A stretch of 64,000 nucleotides of DNA from Chloroflexota bacterium (GCA_016190665.1 JACPQD010000036.1:2976-66975); one strand, 5' to 3'; shown: positions 8,678 to 18,576, counted from the stretch's first letter. The notes: a model not told the origin generated them from the sequence alone. Made by a program: numbers and translations.

Positions 8678-9832
8678 TTGGCGCTAGTAGAGACAAGATA
8701 TCCAGCACTAACGGACCAGAGCCTCGCCGAGGCGCGCAAGCTCATCGGCGTGAGGCTGCGGCGCGGCCGGCCCTGGAACCGAGCGGCCACCAAGGACAAC
8801 GTCAAGGCCTTCGTGAAGGCAGTGGGCTCGCGCAATCCCCTTTATCTCTCTCCCACGTATGCGGAAACCTCGGGGCCTTACGGCTGCCTTGTGGCTCCGG
8901 GCACCTTCCTGTATTCTATGGATGACACCCTCATCGGCCCCGGTCTTCCCGGCATCCACATGATCTTCGCTGCGGGCGACTGGGAGTTCTACGATGTTAT
9001 CCGCGTCAACGATGAGATCGAGGCGACGGCGACCCTGGTGGACGCCTGGGAGAAGAACGGTCGCTTCTGCGGCCGCATGATCTTTCAGAAGGGCGAGGTC
9101 ATTTACCGCACCCAGTACGGCAAGATCGTGGCCCGCTGCTTCTCCACCGTAGCCCGGACGCCTCGGGATGCGGCGCGGCAGGAAGGCAAGTACGCTTCCG
9201 TCACGAAGTACAGCTACACGGATACGGAGCTGAAGATCATCGGCGACGGGCTGGACGGCGAGGAGATCCGCGGCAGCCGCGTGCGCTACTGGGAGGACGT
9301 GAAGGAGGGCGATAAGCTGACGCCCGTCGTCAAGAACGGCCTCACCTCCGAGGACATGATCTGCTTCGTCGATTCGGTGAAAGGGGTGAAGACCTTCGCT
9401 GTCGCCCGGGAGCACCGGCGGAAGCATCCGGCGGACCTCTGGATCGATCCCAATACCGGCATGCCTGATTCCTGGGAGGGCTCCTGGCTCAAGGACAATA
9501 CCGCCCAGGAGTTCGGCTGGCCCGCCGCCCATGATACCGGCTATCAACGCATCTGCTATCTGGACAACCTGCTGACCAACTGGGCCGGCGACTACGGCTT
9601 CGTCACCAGGCTAGGCGCCAAAGTGCTCCTGCCCGCCATCTACGGCGATACCCAGTGGTGCAAGGGCAGGGTGACCGGAAAGCACATCGATGAGCGGAAG
9701 CGACACCTGGTGGATATGGACGTCTGGTGCGAGAACCAGCGCAGCGAGATCACGGCCCAAGGTTACGCCACCGTGGCGCTGGCCACCAGAGACCTCGATA
9801 CGGGCATCTCAGTTTACGGCGAGGAGGCATAG
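8678..9832 (+). CDS. Double hotdog-fold (MaoC/FAS1-like) acyl-CoA dehydratase
   Basis: GSRNPLY, LVAPGTFL, RYWEDVKEGD, GDTQWCKGRVTGK, VWCENQR. TTG start after AAGGAGG. Confidence 0.85.
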   Translation: MALVETRYPALTDQSLAEARKLIGVRLRRGRPWNRAATKDNVKAFVKAVGSRNPLYLSPTYAETSGPYGCLVAPGTFLYSMDDTLIGPGLPGIHMIFAAGDWEFYDVIRVNDEIEATATLVDAWEKNGRFCGRMIFQKGEVIYRTQYGKIVARCFSTVARTPRDAARQEGKYASVTKYSYTDTELKIIGDGLDGEEIRGSRVRYWEDVKEGDKLTPVVKNGLTSEDMICFVDSVKGVKTFAVAREHRRKHPADLWIDPNTGMPDSWEGSWLKDNTAQEFGWPAAHDTGYQRICYLDNLLTNWAGDYGFVTRLGAKVLLPAIYGDTQWCKGRVTGKHIDERKRHLVDMDVWCENQRSEITAQGYATVALATRDLDTGISVYGEEA

Positions 9833-9833
9833 G

Positions 9834-10958
9834 ATGGTGCTGGGCAAGATTACCGATGAAGGCGTAGCCGATCTGAGGAGCCGCATCGGCTCCTACTATA
9901 GAGTGGACAGGCCCATTGAGGTGGCCACCAGAGACGCCATCTACCATTTTGTGAATAGCCTCGGCGATCGAAATCCCCTTTACGTGGACGACAACTACGC
10001 TCGAACGACCCGCTACGGCTGCATCGTCGCGCCGCCCTGTTTCATGACCATGGTGCAGCACGTCAGCGGACTGAAAGTGGGGGGTCTGCCCGGTGTGCAC
10101 ACCTTCCATTCCGGCAGCGACTGGACATGGTACCGCGCCGCCCGCGTCAACGATGTCATCGCCTGCACCTTCCGGCCCGTGGAGGTGAGGGACCGGCCGA
10201 GCGAGTTCGCTAACCGGCTGGTTATCTCCTACGCCGAGTCCATCTACCGCAACCAGAGGGGCGAGAAGATCGCGCGTAACCGGGGCTGGAGCATCCGCAC
10301 CGAGCGCCAGACAGCCAAAGAGAAGGGCAAGTACAAGGACGTAGTGAAGCCCAAGTACACGCCGGAGCAGCTTCAGGCCATCTGGGACGCCTACGACAAG
10401 GAGGAGATTCGGGGCGCCGTGCCGCGCTACTGGGAGGATGTGAAGGAGGGCGAGGAGATAACGCCGGTGGTCAAAGGACCCTGGCGCATGATCGATATCG
10501 CCCTGGGGAGCATCAGCCTCACCGGCAACGAGGGCGGGCACATCTATTCCATCCTGCAGCGCCGCCGCCACCCCGCCGACTCCTACGTCGATCCCAGCAC
10601 CGGCCTGGATGACCAGCCGCACCGGGGCCACTGGGAGGACTTCATGGCCCACCAGATCGGCGTGCCGGGGGCCTACGACCTGGGCTACCATCGCATCGCC
10701 TGCCTGTCCACTCCGATGATGAACTGGGTGGGCGACGACGGCCACGTGAAGAAGCTCTACGGCGAGGTCCGGCGCTTCAACGTCGAGGGCGACACGCAGT
10801 GGTTCAAGGCCAAAGTGACCAGAAAGTACGTCGAGGGCAGGGAGCATCTGGTGGACTGCGAGGTCTGGGCCGTCAACCAGAACGACATCATTACCACCCC
10901 CGGCCGCGCCACGGTGGTGCTGCCCTCGCGGAGCGAGGAGTACGTGGTGCCGTGCTAA
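9834..10958 (+). CDS. Double hotdog-fold (MaoC/FAS1-like) acyl-CoA dehydratase
   Basis: GDRNPLYVD..YAR, IVAPPCF, RYWEDVKEGE, GDTQWFKAKV. ATG lies 1 nt after the upstream stop, with RBS GAGGAGG. Confidence 0.85.
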   Translation: MVLGKITDEGVADLRSRIGSYYRVDRPIEVATRDAIYHFVNSLGDRNPLYVDDNYARTTRYGCIVAPPCFMTMVQHVSGLKVGGLPGVHTFHSGSDWTWYRAARVNDVIACTFRPVEVRDRPSEFANRLVISYAESIYRNQRGEKIARNRGWSIRTERQTAKEKGKYKDVVKPKYTPEQLQAIWDAYDKEEIRGAVPRYWEDVKEGEEITPVVKGPWRMIDIALGSISLTGNEGGHIYSILQRRRHPADSYVDPSTGLDDQPHRGHWEDFMAHQIGVPGAYDLGYHRIACLSTPMMNWVGDDGHVKKLYGEVRRFNVEGDTQWFKAKVTRKYVEGREHLVDCEVWAVNQNDIITTPGRATVVLPSRSEEYVVPC

Positions 10959-11100
10959 GAAGCTAACCTCTCCCTAAATCCCTCCCCGTGCCGGGAGGGA
11001 CTTCTCCCCCTTCCCGAAGCGGGAAGGGGGTCAGGGGGTTAGGTTGAACCGCCCCAAGTGCAAATGAGCGTATCTGGCGCTCCACTCACAGGAGGTAATC

Positions 11101-11631
11101 ATGTCTATCATCAACGTCCTGGACCCTCGGGGCGAGCTTCTGGAGAAGCCCAAGAAGCTCGCGCCCCGAGTCAGCAGCCTCAAGGGCAAGGTGGTCGGTC
11201 TCATATCCAGCGGCTCGGGGAACAGCACCGAGTTCATGACGCGGCTGGGCGAGCTCCTGGTGGAGAAGGAGGGCGTGGCCGAAGCCATCATGCGCATAAA
11301 GGTGTCGCTGGCTTTGCCACTCCCGGAGGCGCAGACGACGGAGTTGCACCGACGGTGCCAGGCTATCATCGTCGGCGTGGGTGTGGGCGGCTCCAATGCC
11401 CTATCGCTCGTTGTCGATGCGGTCAATGCGGAGATGGCGGGCATGCCCGGCGTCGTCATTGTGGGCCACGAGTTCGAGAAGCTCACCAAGGCCAAGATCC
11501 GCAATATGGCCTTCCCCACCCTCGACTACGTGGTGGTGCCCAGTCCCATGGGCACGGCCGAGCAGGCCCACGACAAAGCCGCCACGGCGCTGCCCGACGT
11601 CGTCGCTATCATCACGAAGGGTCGGAGGTAA
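11101..11631 (+). CDS. UGSC-family small subunit lacking the U/C-x-x-C motif
   Basis: Aligns to 1854 (SSLKGKVVGL, E..G.P.V, P.L..V.VPSPMG) but reads GVGV-GGSN where the paralogues have UGAC/UGSC. Confidence 0.8.
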   Translation: MSIINVLDPRGELLEKPKKLAPRVSSLKGKVVGLISSGSGNSTEFMTRLGELLVEKEGVAEAIMRIKVSLALPLPEAQTTELHRRCQAIIVGVGVGGSNALSLVVDAVNAEMAGMPGVVIVGHEFEKLTKAKIRNMAFPTLDYVVVPSPMGTAEQAHDKAATALPDVVAIITKGRR

Positions 11632-11634
11632 GAG

Positions 11635-12717
11635 ATGGCCAGGTCGAGATCGAAGAAGGTCCGCGTTTCCACCGACTCCTTCCAGGCCGCCCTGGATACG
11701 ATCGAACTGTACTTCAAGAAGGGCTGGACGGACGGCCTTCCCATCGTGCCGCCCACGGAAGCCAATGTTCAGGCCATGCTGAAAGGCACGAAGCGCCAGC
11801 CCAACGAGGTCATCGGGGTCGTCCCGCCCCGGATGGGCATCGCCACCGTCGAGGCGATCGCCGTTAATGCCGTCATGGCGGGCTGCCTGCCCGCGTATCT
11901 GCCCGTTATCATCGCTTCCGTTCAAGCCATGCTGGATGATAAGTTCAACCTGAACGGCGTGCAGGGCACCACCCACGCGGCCACGCCGCTGGCAATCGTT
12001 AGCGGCCCCGTGTGCAAGAAGCTGGGCATCAATGGCCGCGTTAACGTCTTCGGCTCCGGCTTCCGCGCCAACGCCACCATCGGGCGGGCCATCCGGCTTA
12101 TCCTGTATAATATCGGTGGCGGCGTCCCCGACGAGGGCGACCAGTCTTCGCTGGGCAACCCGGGCAAGTACAGCTTCTGCATCGCGGAGAACACCGCCGA
12201 GAGCCCCTGGGAGCCGCTCCACGTGGAGCGCGGCCTGCGGGCTCGCGATAGCGGTGTCACTATGTTCGCCTGCGAGGCGCCGCACCACATCGGCGGCGGC
12301 CTGCCCGCCTGCGCCGAGCATCTGGCTGCGCCCGGGAGCAGTAGCACGGCTGGAACTCAAGGTGAGGTACTCGTGGTGGTGGGAACGCTGGTGGCGGAGA
12401 GGCTCGCCCGGTACGGGTGGTCAAAGAGGGACGTCAAGGAGTATATCTATAATACGGCCCGGGGGCGCCCCATCGGAGCATCGAAGCTTGGAAGAGACGT
12501 GGCCGAGCCGCTTCAGATCGTGGACGTGGTGCAGGGAGTACCTGACGCGGGGCCGAAATGGATCGACACCGTCGACCCCACCTTCCTGGCCCCCATCGTC
12601 AAAGACGTGGACAGCATCCATGTCATCGTGGCGGGAACGCGGGCCTGGCCCTGGTGCGCCGTCCTCCCCGGCTGGAGCGATTACTCCTTCGCCGTAACGA
12701 AGAAGATTGAGGGGTAG
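11635..12717 (+). CDS. UGSC-associated large subunit, uncharacterised
   Basis: GWTDGLPIVPPT, AVNAVMAGC, GTTH, RANATIGRAIRL, GNPGKYSFCIAEN. Confidence 0.85.
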   Translation: MARSRSKKVRVSTDSFQAALDTIELYFKKGWTDGLPIVPPTEANVQAMLKGTKRQPNEVIGVVPPRMGIATVEAIAVNAVMAGCLPAYLPVIIASVQAMLDDKFNLNGVQGTTHAATPLAIVSGPVCKKLGINGRVNVFGSGFRANATIGRAIRLILYNIGGGVPDEGDQSSLGNPGKYSFCIAENTAESPWEPLHVERGLRARDSGVTMFACEAPHHIGGGLPACAEHLAAPGSSSTAGTQGEVLVVVGTLVAERLARYGWSKRDVKEYIYNTARGRPIGASKLGRDVAEPLQIVDVVQGVPDAGPKWIDTVDPTFLAPIVKDVDSIHVIVAGTRAWPWCAVLPGWSDYSFAVTKKIEG

Positions 12718-12738
12718 CTTGAAGCGGGCGCGAAGACA

Positions 12739-12811
12739 CCGCGCACTGAAGTACGCGGGATAGGCGCGTTCAGTAGCCCTTGCCCACCATACCGCGTACT
12801 TTAGTGCGCGG
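12739..12811. repeat. Paired inverted palindrome element (REPIN-like), copy 2
   Basis: CCGCGCACTGAAGTACGCGG ... CCGCGTACTTTAGTGCGCGG. Confidence 0.65.
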
Positions 12812-13165
12812 TAGGAGAAGCCATCAGCTTTCGGCGAAGGGGACGGGATTCTAGCCACGAAATACACAAGAGACACGAAAATAATTTGGATGTTTTAGTG
12901 TATTTCGTGGTCGATCAGGGAATTCGGGGAAGGGGAGGTTTCATCATTCATCATTGGTATGAAAATAGCAATTCGCACACACACCTTTCAGCGGTTCCCT
13001 GCTGAAGGGCTGGGTCTGACAAGTCTGACAGGTCCGACTCGTCCGACGGCGAGCAAGAAGAAGAGGTAGCACGCAAGCAAGAGGTTTGTTGTTGGTCACA
13101 GGTCCTGGTTACCAGGCTGATAGCTGATCGCTGAAAGCTAACGGCTATTCAAAAGGAGGTCACCC

Positions 13166-14845
13166 ATGTTCAAGTCCTGGACGATTCTCAGTGTAGTGGT
13201 GATGGCCGGTCTGCTCCTGGCTTCATGCGGCCCGGCAGCGGCGCCCGCGCCAAAGGCGGCGGCCACCCAGCCCACGGCGGCCCCGGCGAAAGGCGCTCCG
13301 GCCGCGCCCGCCGCGACGCCCAAGCCGGCGGCGGCCCAGCCGAAGCGCGGCGGCGTGCTGAACCTCATCCACGTCCGCACCATCGAACACCACGACATCA
13401 TCCAGCTCTCAGCCAACTTCCACGCCTACCCGCCCTACGAGCGGCTCTTCCGCCGGTCGCCGGACATGAAGGACCTGATATACGAGCTGGCCACGGCCTG
13501 GGAGGTCGGCAAGGATGGGCTCGGGGTCACCTTCAAGCTCCGCAAGGACGTCAAGTGGCACGACGGCAAGCCCTTCACTTCAGCAGACGTGAAGACCACG
13601 ATGAAATGGCTAATTGACCCGCCGGCCGGCTTCATGAGCCGGCAACAGAACCTTTTTGCCGGTGTCAAGGGCTACGATGCTCCCGACGACTACACCTTTA
13701 CCCTCGCCCTGAACTACCCCTCGGGCGTGCTGGATACCGCCTTCGCACTGTCGAACACGGTGATCTACCCCAAGCACGTTCTGGAAGCCAAAGGGCATAT
13801 GAAGGACGACGTGGTGGGCACGGGCCCCTTCAAGTTCAAGAAGTATGCGCCTGGCGTCTCCATGGACTATGAGAAGAACAAGGAATACTGGGACAAGAAC
13901 CTGCCCTACCTGGATGGCCTCAAATACTACGTCATCGTGGACCAGGCCGCCAGGTTCGCCGCCTTCCGCGCCCATCAGGTGCATCGCCACGAGGACCTGA
14001 GCACCACGGAGGCGGAGGTGGTCCGGAAAGAGACGAAGGACGCCCAGGTCGTCACCTATTTCGGGACCCGCGCCGTGGAGACCCTCATGAGGGTCAACCG
14101 CAAGCCCTTCGACGATGTGCGCGTACGCAAGGCCATCTCCCTGGCGTTGGACCGGCAGGCGTTGAACCAGTTCGTGACACAAGGAGAGGGGAAGGTCGGC
14201 CTCACCATGATCCCAGGGGGACGCTGGGCCCTCCCCGATGCTGAGATCGCCACGCTGCCCGGCTACCGCCAGCCCAAGGACCAGGATATCGCCGAGGCCA
14301 AGAAGCTGCTCGCCCAGGCTGGCTTCCCTCAGGGGCTCAAGACGGTGCACCATGCGCAAAACGTGCCGCCGGTGGCCAAGGCCGCCCAGATAATGAAGGA
14401 GCAGTTGGCCAAGGCGGGGATCGACGCCGAGATATCGCTTATGGACACCGTGGAATGGCACCGCCGCCTCTTCAGCGAGGATTTCGGGCTCTTCAGCAAC
14501 CACATCACCACCATGGGCGATGACCCCGAGGTGGCTACCGGCAACGTCTTCAAGATGGAGCGCAGCTCCTTCTTCCAGAAGTCCATGAAGCGGCCCGATG
14601 GGGCCACGGAAGAGGGCGTTGGAGACGCCAAAGCGAACGACCTGCTGAACAAGATAAGGCGCAGCCTTGATTACCAACAGCGCAAGGCGCTAGTGGCGGA
14701 GTTGGAGCTGCATCTTCTTGACCAGGCGCCCGTCCTGATCGACGTCTGGCTGCCGGGCTTCGCCGGCGTGTGGAAAGAGGTCCAGGACTACACCTTTAAC
14801 CCGTGGCACCTGGAATTGTACAACAACGTCTGGCTGAACAAGTAG
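13166..14845 (+). CDS. ABC transporter substrate-binding lipoprotein, family 5
   Basis: Lipobox LASC, Ala/Pro linker, LRKDVKWHDGKPFTSADV, VGTGPFK, PFDDVRVRKAI. Confidence 0.93.
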   Translation: MFKSWTILSVVVMAGLLLASCGPAAAPAPKAAATQPTAAPAKGAPAAPAATPKPAAAQPKRGGVLNLIHVRTIEHHDIIQLSANFHAYPPYERLFRRSPDMKDLIYELATAWEVGKDGLGVTFKLRKDVKWHDGKPFTSADVKTTMKWLIDPPAGFMSRQQNLFAGVKGYDAPDDYTFTLALNYPSGVLDTAFALSNTVIYPKHVLEAKGHMKDDVVGTGPFKFKKYAPGVSMDYEKNKEYWDKNLPYLDGLKYYVIVDQAARFAAFRAHQVHRHEDLSTTEAEVVRKETKDAQVVTYFGTRAVETLMRVNRKPFDDVRVRKAISLALDRQALNQFVTQGEGKVGLTMIPGGRWALPDAEIATLPGYRQPKDQDIAEAKKLLAQAGFPQGLKTVHHAQNVPPVAKAAQIMKEQLAKAGIDAEISLMDTVEWHRRLFSEDFGLFSNHITTMGDDPEVATGNVFKMERSSFFQKSMKRPDGATEEGVGDAKANDLLNKIRRSLDYQQRKALVAELELHLLDQAPVLIDVWLPGFAGVWKEVQDYTFNPWHLELYNNVWLNK

Positions 14846-14865
14846 GGGCACGGCGCACCGTGCCC
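14842..14865 (+). repeat. GTAG REP-like palindrome overlapping a stop codon
   Basis: GTAG-GGGCACGG-CGCA-CCGTGCCC. Confidence 0.7.
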
Positions 14866-15071
14866 CGGGGTTGGGGGTTAGGGGCCGGGGGATGGCGGTC
14901 AGTGACAGCCGACATTTCGCGGCGGCGGGCGCATGCGCCCGCCGCCGCGGCCCCTGTGTCAACCGCTTTCCATCCATCGCTTGCCTCCCGCACCCTGGGT
15001 GTCATGCTTCCGGCTTCTCGCTTCTCCCTCTTCCCTCCTCCCTATGCCCTATCACCTACAACCTATAACCT

Positions 15072-15641
15072 CTACTTCCCCATCCGCCCCACCATCCTCA
15101 CCACGCCGGCGCCGATAGCTCGCGCTTCCTCCAGCGCCGTGCTGCCCGGCGCGCCGCCTACGCCTTCCCTGACCTCGCCCTTGTCCCGTCCGAAGCCAAC
15201 GCCTCCGCCAACGATGATCATCCTCTGCGCCACGAAGTAGGAGTAAAGCAGGCTGAGCACCTGGCCCGCGCCCAGGCGCCTCACCGCCACGATAGCCGCG
15301 GCCGCCTTGCCCCGGAGCTGACGCGTTTGCCGGAAAGCATAGGTGCGATCGATCACCGTTTTCGCCTGCGCGCTGACGTTGTTGTAGTAGACCGGCGTCC
15401 CGAAGATGATGCCGTCAGCGCTCAGCATCTCCTGGTACAGGGGCTGCATATCGTCCTTGATCTTGCAGACGCCGCTCTTCAGGCAGGCGCCGCAGCCATC
15501 GCAGAAGGCGATAGCCTTGTCCGCTACCGTGAACAGGCTGGTCACCGCGCCAGCCTCTCGCGCCGCCGCCAGAGCCTCCGTGACCAGGATCTCCGTATTG
15601 CCCTCTTTTCGCGGGCTGCAAACGATGCCCAAGACCTTCAT
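15072..15641 (-). CDS. Iron-sulfur flavoprotein / multimeric flavodoxin (WrbA/ISF family)
   Basis: CSPRKEGNT, CX2CX2CX5C (CDGCGACLKSGVC), GTPVY. ATG after AGGAGG. Confidence 0.9.
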   Translation of the reverse strand: MKVLGIVCSPRKEGNTEILVTEALAAAREAGAVTSLFTVADKAIAFCDGCGACLKSGVCKIKDDMQPLYQEMLSADGIIFGTPVYYNNVSAQAKTVIDRTYAFRQTRQLRGKAAAAIVAVRRLGAGQVLSLLYSYFVAQRMIIVGGGVGFGRDKGEVREGVGGAPGSTALEEARAIGAGVVRMVGRMGK

Positions 15642-15932
15642 CAATCGACCTCCTGCTACACATTGGAAGCGCGAAGCGAGGAGCGCGAAGCAGGAATCCC
15701 CCCTCCCCGCTTTCCGCCTACGCATAATAGAACATCGCGGGACGTTTATCTACGACGGACGCATCCTTAGTTAACATGGATGGGCAGGATGCACAGGATA
15801 GTGGGCGGATAGAAAATCCTGAATATCCTGTCTATCCATGTTTGAAAAAAGTTTCCTGTTGGACGCCCCGCTTCCCCTCCCCTGTCCCCAATGCTACAAT
15901 GGGGCTAGATACACCCTACCGGAGGCTACCCC

Positions 15933-16526
15933 ATGCAGGACGATATGATCGTGAGCCCCGACACTCTGAGAAAGGACCGCGTTCCCCCTGGCCAGCGACT
16001 CACCGACAGGTGGCCGGTGTTGCACTACGGCCCGGTGCCCGCCATCGACCCCGCCAACTGGACGCTGACCATAAAAGGGCTTGTGGACAAGGGACGTAAG
16101 ATCAGCTATGAGGAGTTCATGGCGCTGCCCCAGGTGAAGGTGCTATCCGATATCCACTGCGTCACCACGTGGTCAGCGCTGGACTACCTGTGGGAAGGAG
16201 TAAGCACGAGCGTTGTCAAGGACCTGGTGCAGATACGCCCTGAGGCGAAATACGTCATGGCCTACGCCCCGGGCGGCTTCAGCGCCAATCTGCCCCTGGA
16301 CGATTTCTTCCAGCCGGATGTGCTCTTTGCCGTGAAGTGCAACGGCCACCCATTGGCGCCAGAGCACGGCTACCCTGTGAGGCTCATCGTCCCCCGGCTC
16401 TATCTGTGGAAGAGCGCCAAATGGATTGATGGCATCGAGTTCATGGAGAAGGACAGGCCCGGGTTCTGGGAGTCCCACGGCTATCACAACCACGGCGACC
16501 CCTGGAAGGAGGAAAGGTACAGCTAG
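15933..16526 (+). CDS. Sulfite oxidase-like molybdopterin oxidoreductase (YuiH-like)
   Basis: PPGQ, DIHCVTTWS, PEHGYPVRLIVPRLYLWKSAKW, GFWE..GYH. Confidence 0.9.
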   Translation: MQDDMIVSPDTLRKDRVPPGQRLTDRWPVLHYGPVPAIDPANWTLTIKGLVDKGRKISYEEFMALPQVKVLSDIHCVTTWSALDYLWEGVSTSVVKDLVQIRPEAKYVMAYAPGGFSANLPLDDFFQPDVLFAVKCNGHPLAPEHGYPVRLIVPRLYLWKSAKWIDGIEFMEKDRPGFWESHGYHNHGDPWKEERYS

Positions 16527-16783
16527 CTCTTGCCGAAGGCCTTGTCCATGGTGGACTTGGCGTCAGCCATGGCGCTGTCCATTCCGGGCCTCTGCCACCA
16601 CTGTCGCTTCTGCTTGTCCGCGCTGTAGAATCCTTCTCCCTTCAAGACGAAGGACAGCGAAGAGTACAACTGCTTGGCGCCGGAGCGGCACTTGGGGCAA
16701 TGGACAGGTGACGAATCGCTGAAGCTCCTCTTCACCTCGAAGGCATGCTTGCAGGCGCGACACTGGAAATCGTAAGTGGGCAT
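16523..16783 (-). CDS. FmdB-family zinc-ribbon protein
   Basis: MPTYDFQCRACKHAFE...CPKC...KGEGFY. Confidence 0.88.
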   Translation of the reverse strand: MPTYDFQCRACKHAFEVKRSFSDSSPVHCPKCRSGAKQLYSSLSFVLKGEGFYSADKQKRQWWQRPGMDSAMADAKSTMDKAFGKS

Positions 16784-16794
16784 GGGATCGAACG

Positions 16795-17238
16795 TTACCT
16801 GGCAGCTACCGCCGGTGAGATCTTATAAGACACCAGGACGCCCTTCTCTACCGGAGCGAAGGCATTGTCAAAGATGAGTTTGTGGTTGCCTTCGGCCCTG
16901 GCGCGGAAGCTGAAGTCGTACCGGCCGCTGTAGCGGTTCTTGGCCACCACCTGACTTCCATCGGGCCCCTGAACCGAGAAATCGATTTCCGCTTTCTCCC
17001 CCCGGACCTCAAACCAGCCGAAGATGGTCTCCCCAGCGCTGGCCGCTACCTCGACAGTCTCCGTCGACCCTCCAGCGACGGCAAGCACGCGGGACCTGAA
17101 GGGTATGGTGGTGGGCGTCTCGGTCGGCCTCGCTGGCGCGAAGGGACCGGCGCAGGCCAGCAGCGAAACCGATAGCACACCGAGAGCGACGAGGCGCCCG
17201 GCTAGAGTTATGTGAATGTTCCTAGTACAACGTAACAT
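16795..17238 (-). CDS. Lipoprotein with GOLD (emp24/p24)-like beta-sandwich
   Basis: Lipobox LLAC; IDFSVQGPDG...FSFRA...GNHKLIFDN pattern. The current ATG lies inside a MITE end. Confidence 0.6.
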   Translation of the reverse strand: MLRCTRNIHITLAGRLVALGVLSVSLLACAGPFAPARPTETPTTIPFRSRVLAVAGGSTETVEVAASAGETIFGWFEVRGEKAEIDFSVQGPDGSQVVAKNRYSGRYDFSFRARAEGNHKLIFDNAFAPVEKGVLVSYKISPAVAAR

Positions 17239-17390
17239 CGATTCATGCGTAGGGTGGGTGGAGCCAAGCGTGACCCATCAGAAAGAAACGCGGCTCGTGA
17301 TAGTGGGTTGTCCCGCGATTTTTTCAGGGATCCACCCCCCCTACGGCTGAAATACCCTTGCCCGAACTTATTAGTGCTACACGCCACTGG
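17222..17390 (+). mobile_element. About 165-bp MITE-like element, copy 1
   Basis: Closely similar, inverted copy at 40937-41103. Bounded by CTAG/CTGG, with imperfect terminal inverted repeats and internal GTAG hairpins. Confidence 0.8.
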
Positions 17391-17473
17391 GTTGAGAAAA
17401 ACCCCACTTCATCGCATGAAAAAGTGAGCTTCAAATCCGCTTCGAGATATGATAGCCGCTTTTTCGCCGGGTG

Positions 17474-18526
17474 TCAAATAGCTTGTGAGGCGTCCTGAGA
17501 ACTCTGGCGGGTCACCTCATGCAGCAAAGCGGCCTCGATGAGCGCGTCGACGTTTTCCGATCTCGTGCCAGCGCTTAGCCAGCCCCCCGCTGACAGGACG
17601 AAGGGGCCCTGCGCTACGGCGCTCAATATGAGGGCTTCCGTCCGGTTTTTCACCACGTCAGCCGCGCCCCGAACAAAAAGGAGGGGATCCAAGTTCCCCA
17701 CCAGGCATACTTTCTCGCCGAGAGCCTGGCGAAGCAGCGGGATGTCCAGCCTCGACGAGAAGAGCAGGAAGACATCCATGCCGAGCTTTTTCAAACAGCC
17801 CGCGGTGCGAAGGGAGAAGTCGCCGTCGCTGTGGAAGACCCTCATGCGACCGGGGAAGGCATCGTAGAAGGCGCGCGTGTAGGGCAGGACGAACTCCTCG
17901 AACTGCTCGGGACCGAGGAAGGCGCCGTAATCGGAGGAGCTGATGACGGCCTCGGCCCGGCCGAATCGTGCTTCCAGGGTTTCCACCCACTTGATGCAGG
18001 TCTGCGTCGCCGTGTCCAGGAGACGGTGCAGGAGCCGGGGATGCTCACGGATGTCGGTGAAGGCTTTCTCGCTGCCCCGCAAGAGACAAGCGAGATCGAA
18101 GGGCCCCATCCCATCTTGAAGATCGACGATGATGTCGTCTTGGCCCCTGACGTGTTGGAGGAACCGCTCGGCGAAAGACAGCGCCGTGGGCATCAGTCCA
18201 TCACGGAAAGGATCGGGAAGGCGCAGCCGGCGAGTGTCTTCCAGATCCCGGACGATAGGTTTCACCTGAATCCCACCCGCCGCGTCTTTTGGCCAGGAGA
18301 CGTCGCATCCCAGGGCTGAAGCCTGCAATCCGGGGAAGAAGGAGGGCGACAGGTGGGGCAGGCCGTAGAATCGCCCTCGCACCTTCAGTTGGGCGTCCAA
18401 CATGGTCTCCGGATCGGAGAAGTACTGGCGCGCGTTGAGCCCGCAATACTCTTGAAAGAAGGCGCAGTCGAAGGCGATGAAGACAGGAATGCCGTGGCGC
18501 GGTTCGCCCTTCAGGGCCGCGGCCAC
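17474..18526 (-). CDS. Uroporphyrinogen decarboxylase-family (MtaA/CmuA-like) methyltransferase
   Basis: GPFDLACLLRG, FEEFVLPY, FHSDG, CLVGNLDP, FVLSAGG, ENVDAL. The true start may be further upstream. Confidence 0.85.
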   Translation of the reverse strand: MAAALKGEPRHGIPVFIAFDCAFFQEYCGLNARQYFSDPETMLDAQLKVRGRFYGLPHLSPSFFPGLQASALGCDVSWPKDAAGGIQVKPIVRDLEDTRRLRLPDPFRDGLMPTALSFAERFLQHVRGQDDIIVDLQDGMGPFDLACLLRGSEKAFTDIREHPRLLHRLLDTATQTCIKWVETLEARFGRAEAVISSSDYGAFLGPEQFEEFVLPYTRAFYDAFPGRMRVFHSDGDFSLRTAGCLKKLGMDVFLLFSSRLDIPLLRQALGEKVCLVGNLDPLLFVRGAADVVKNRTEALILSAVAQGPFVLSAGGWLSAGTRSENVDALIEAALLHEVTRQSSQDASQAI

Positions 18527-18576
18527 TCGTCTGGCGTTTGTCCTGGCGAAATCAGGCGTGACGATGGAAGCTCCAC

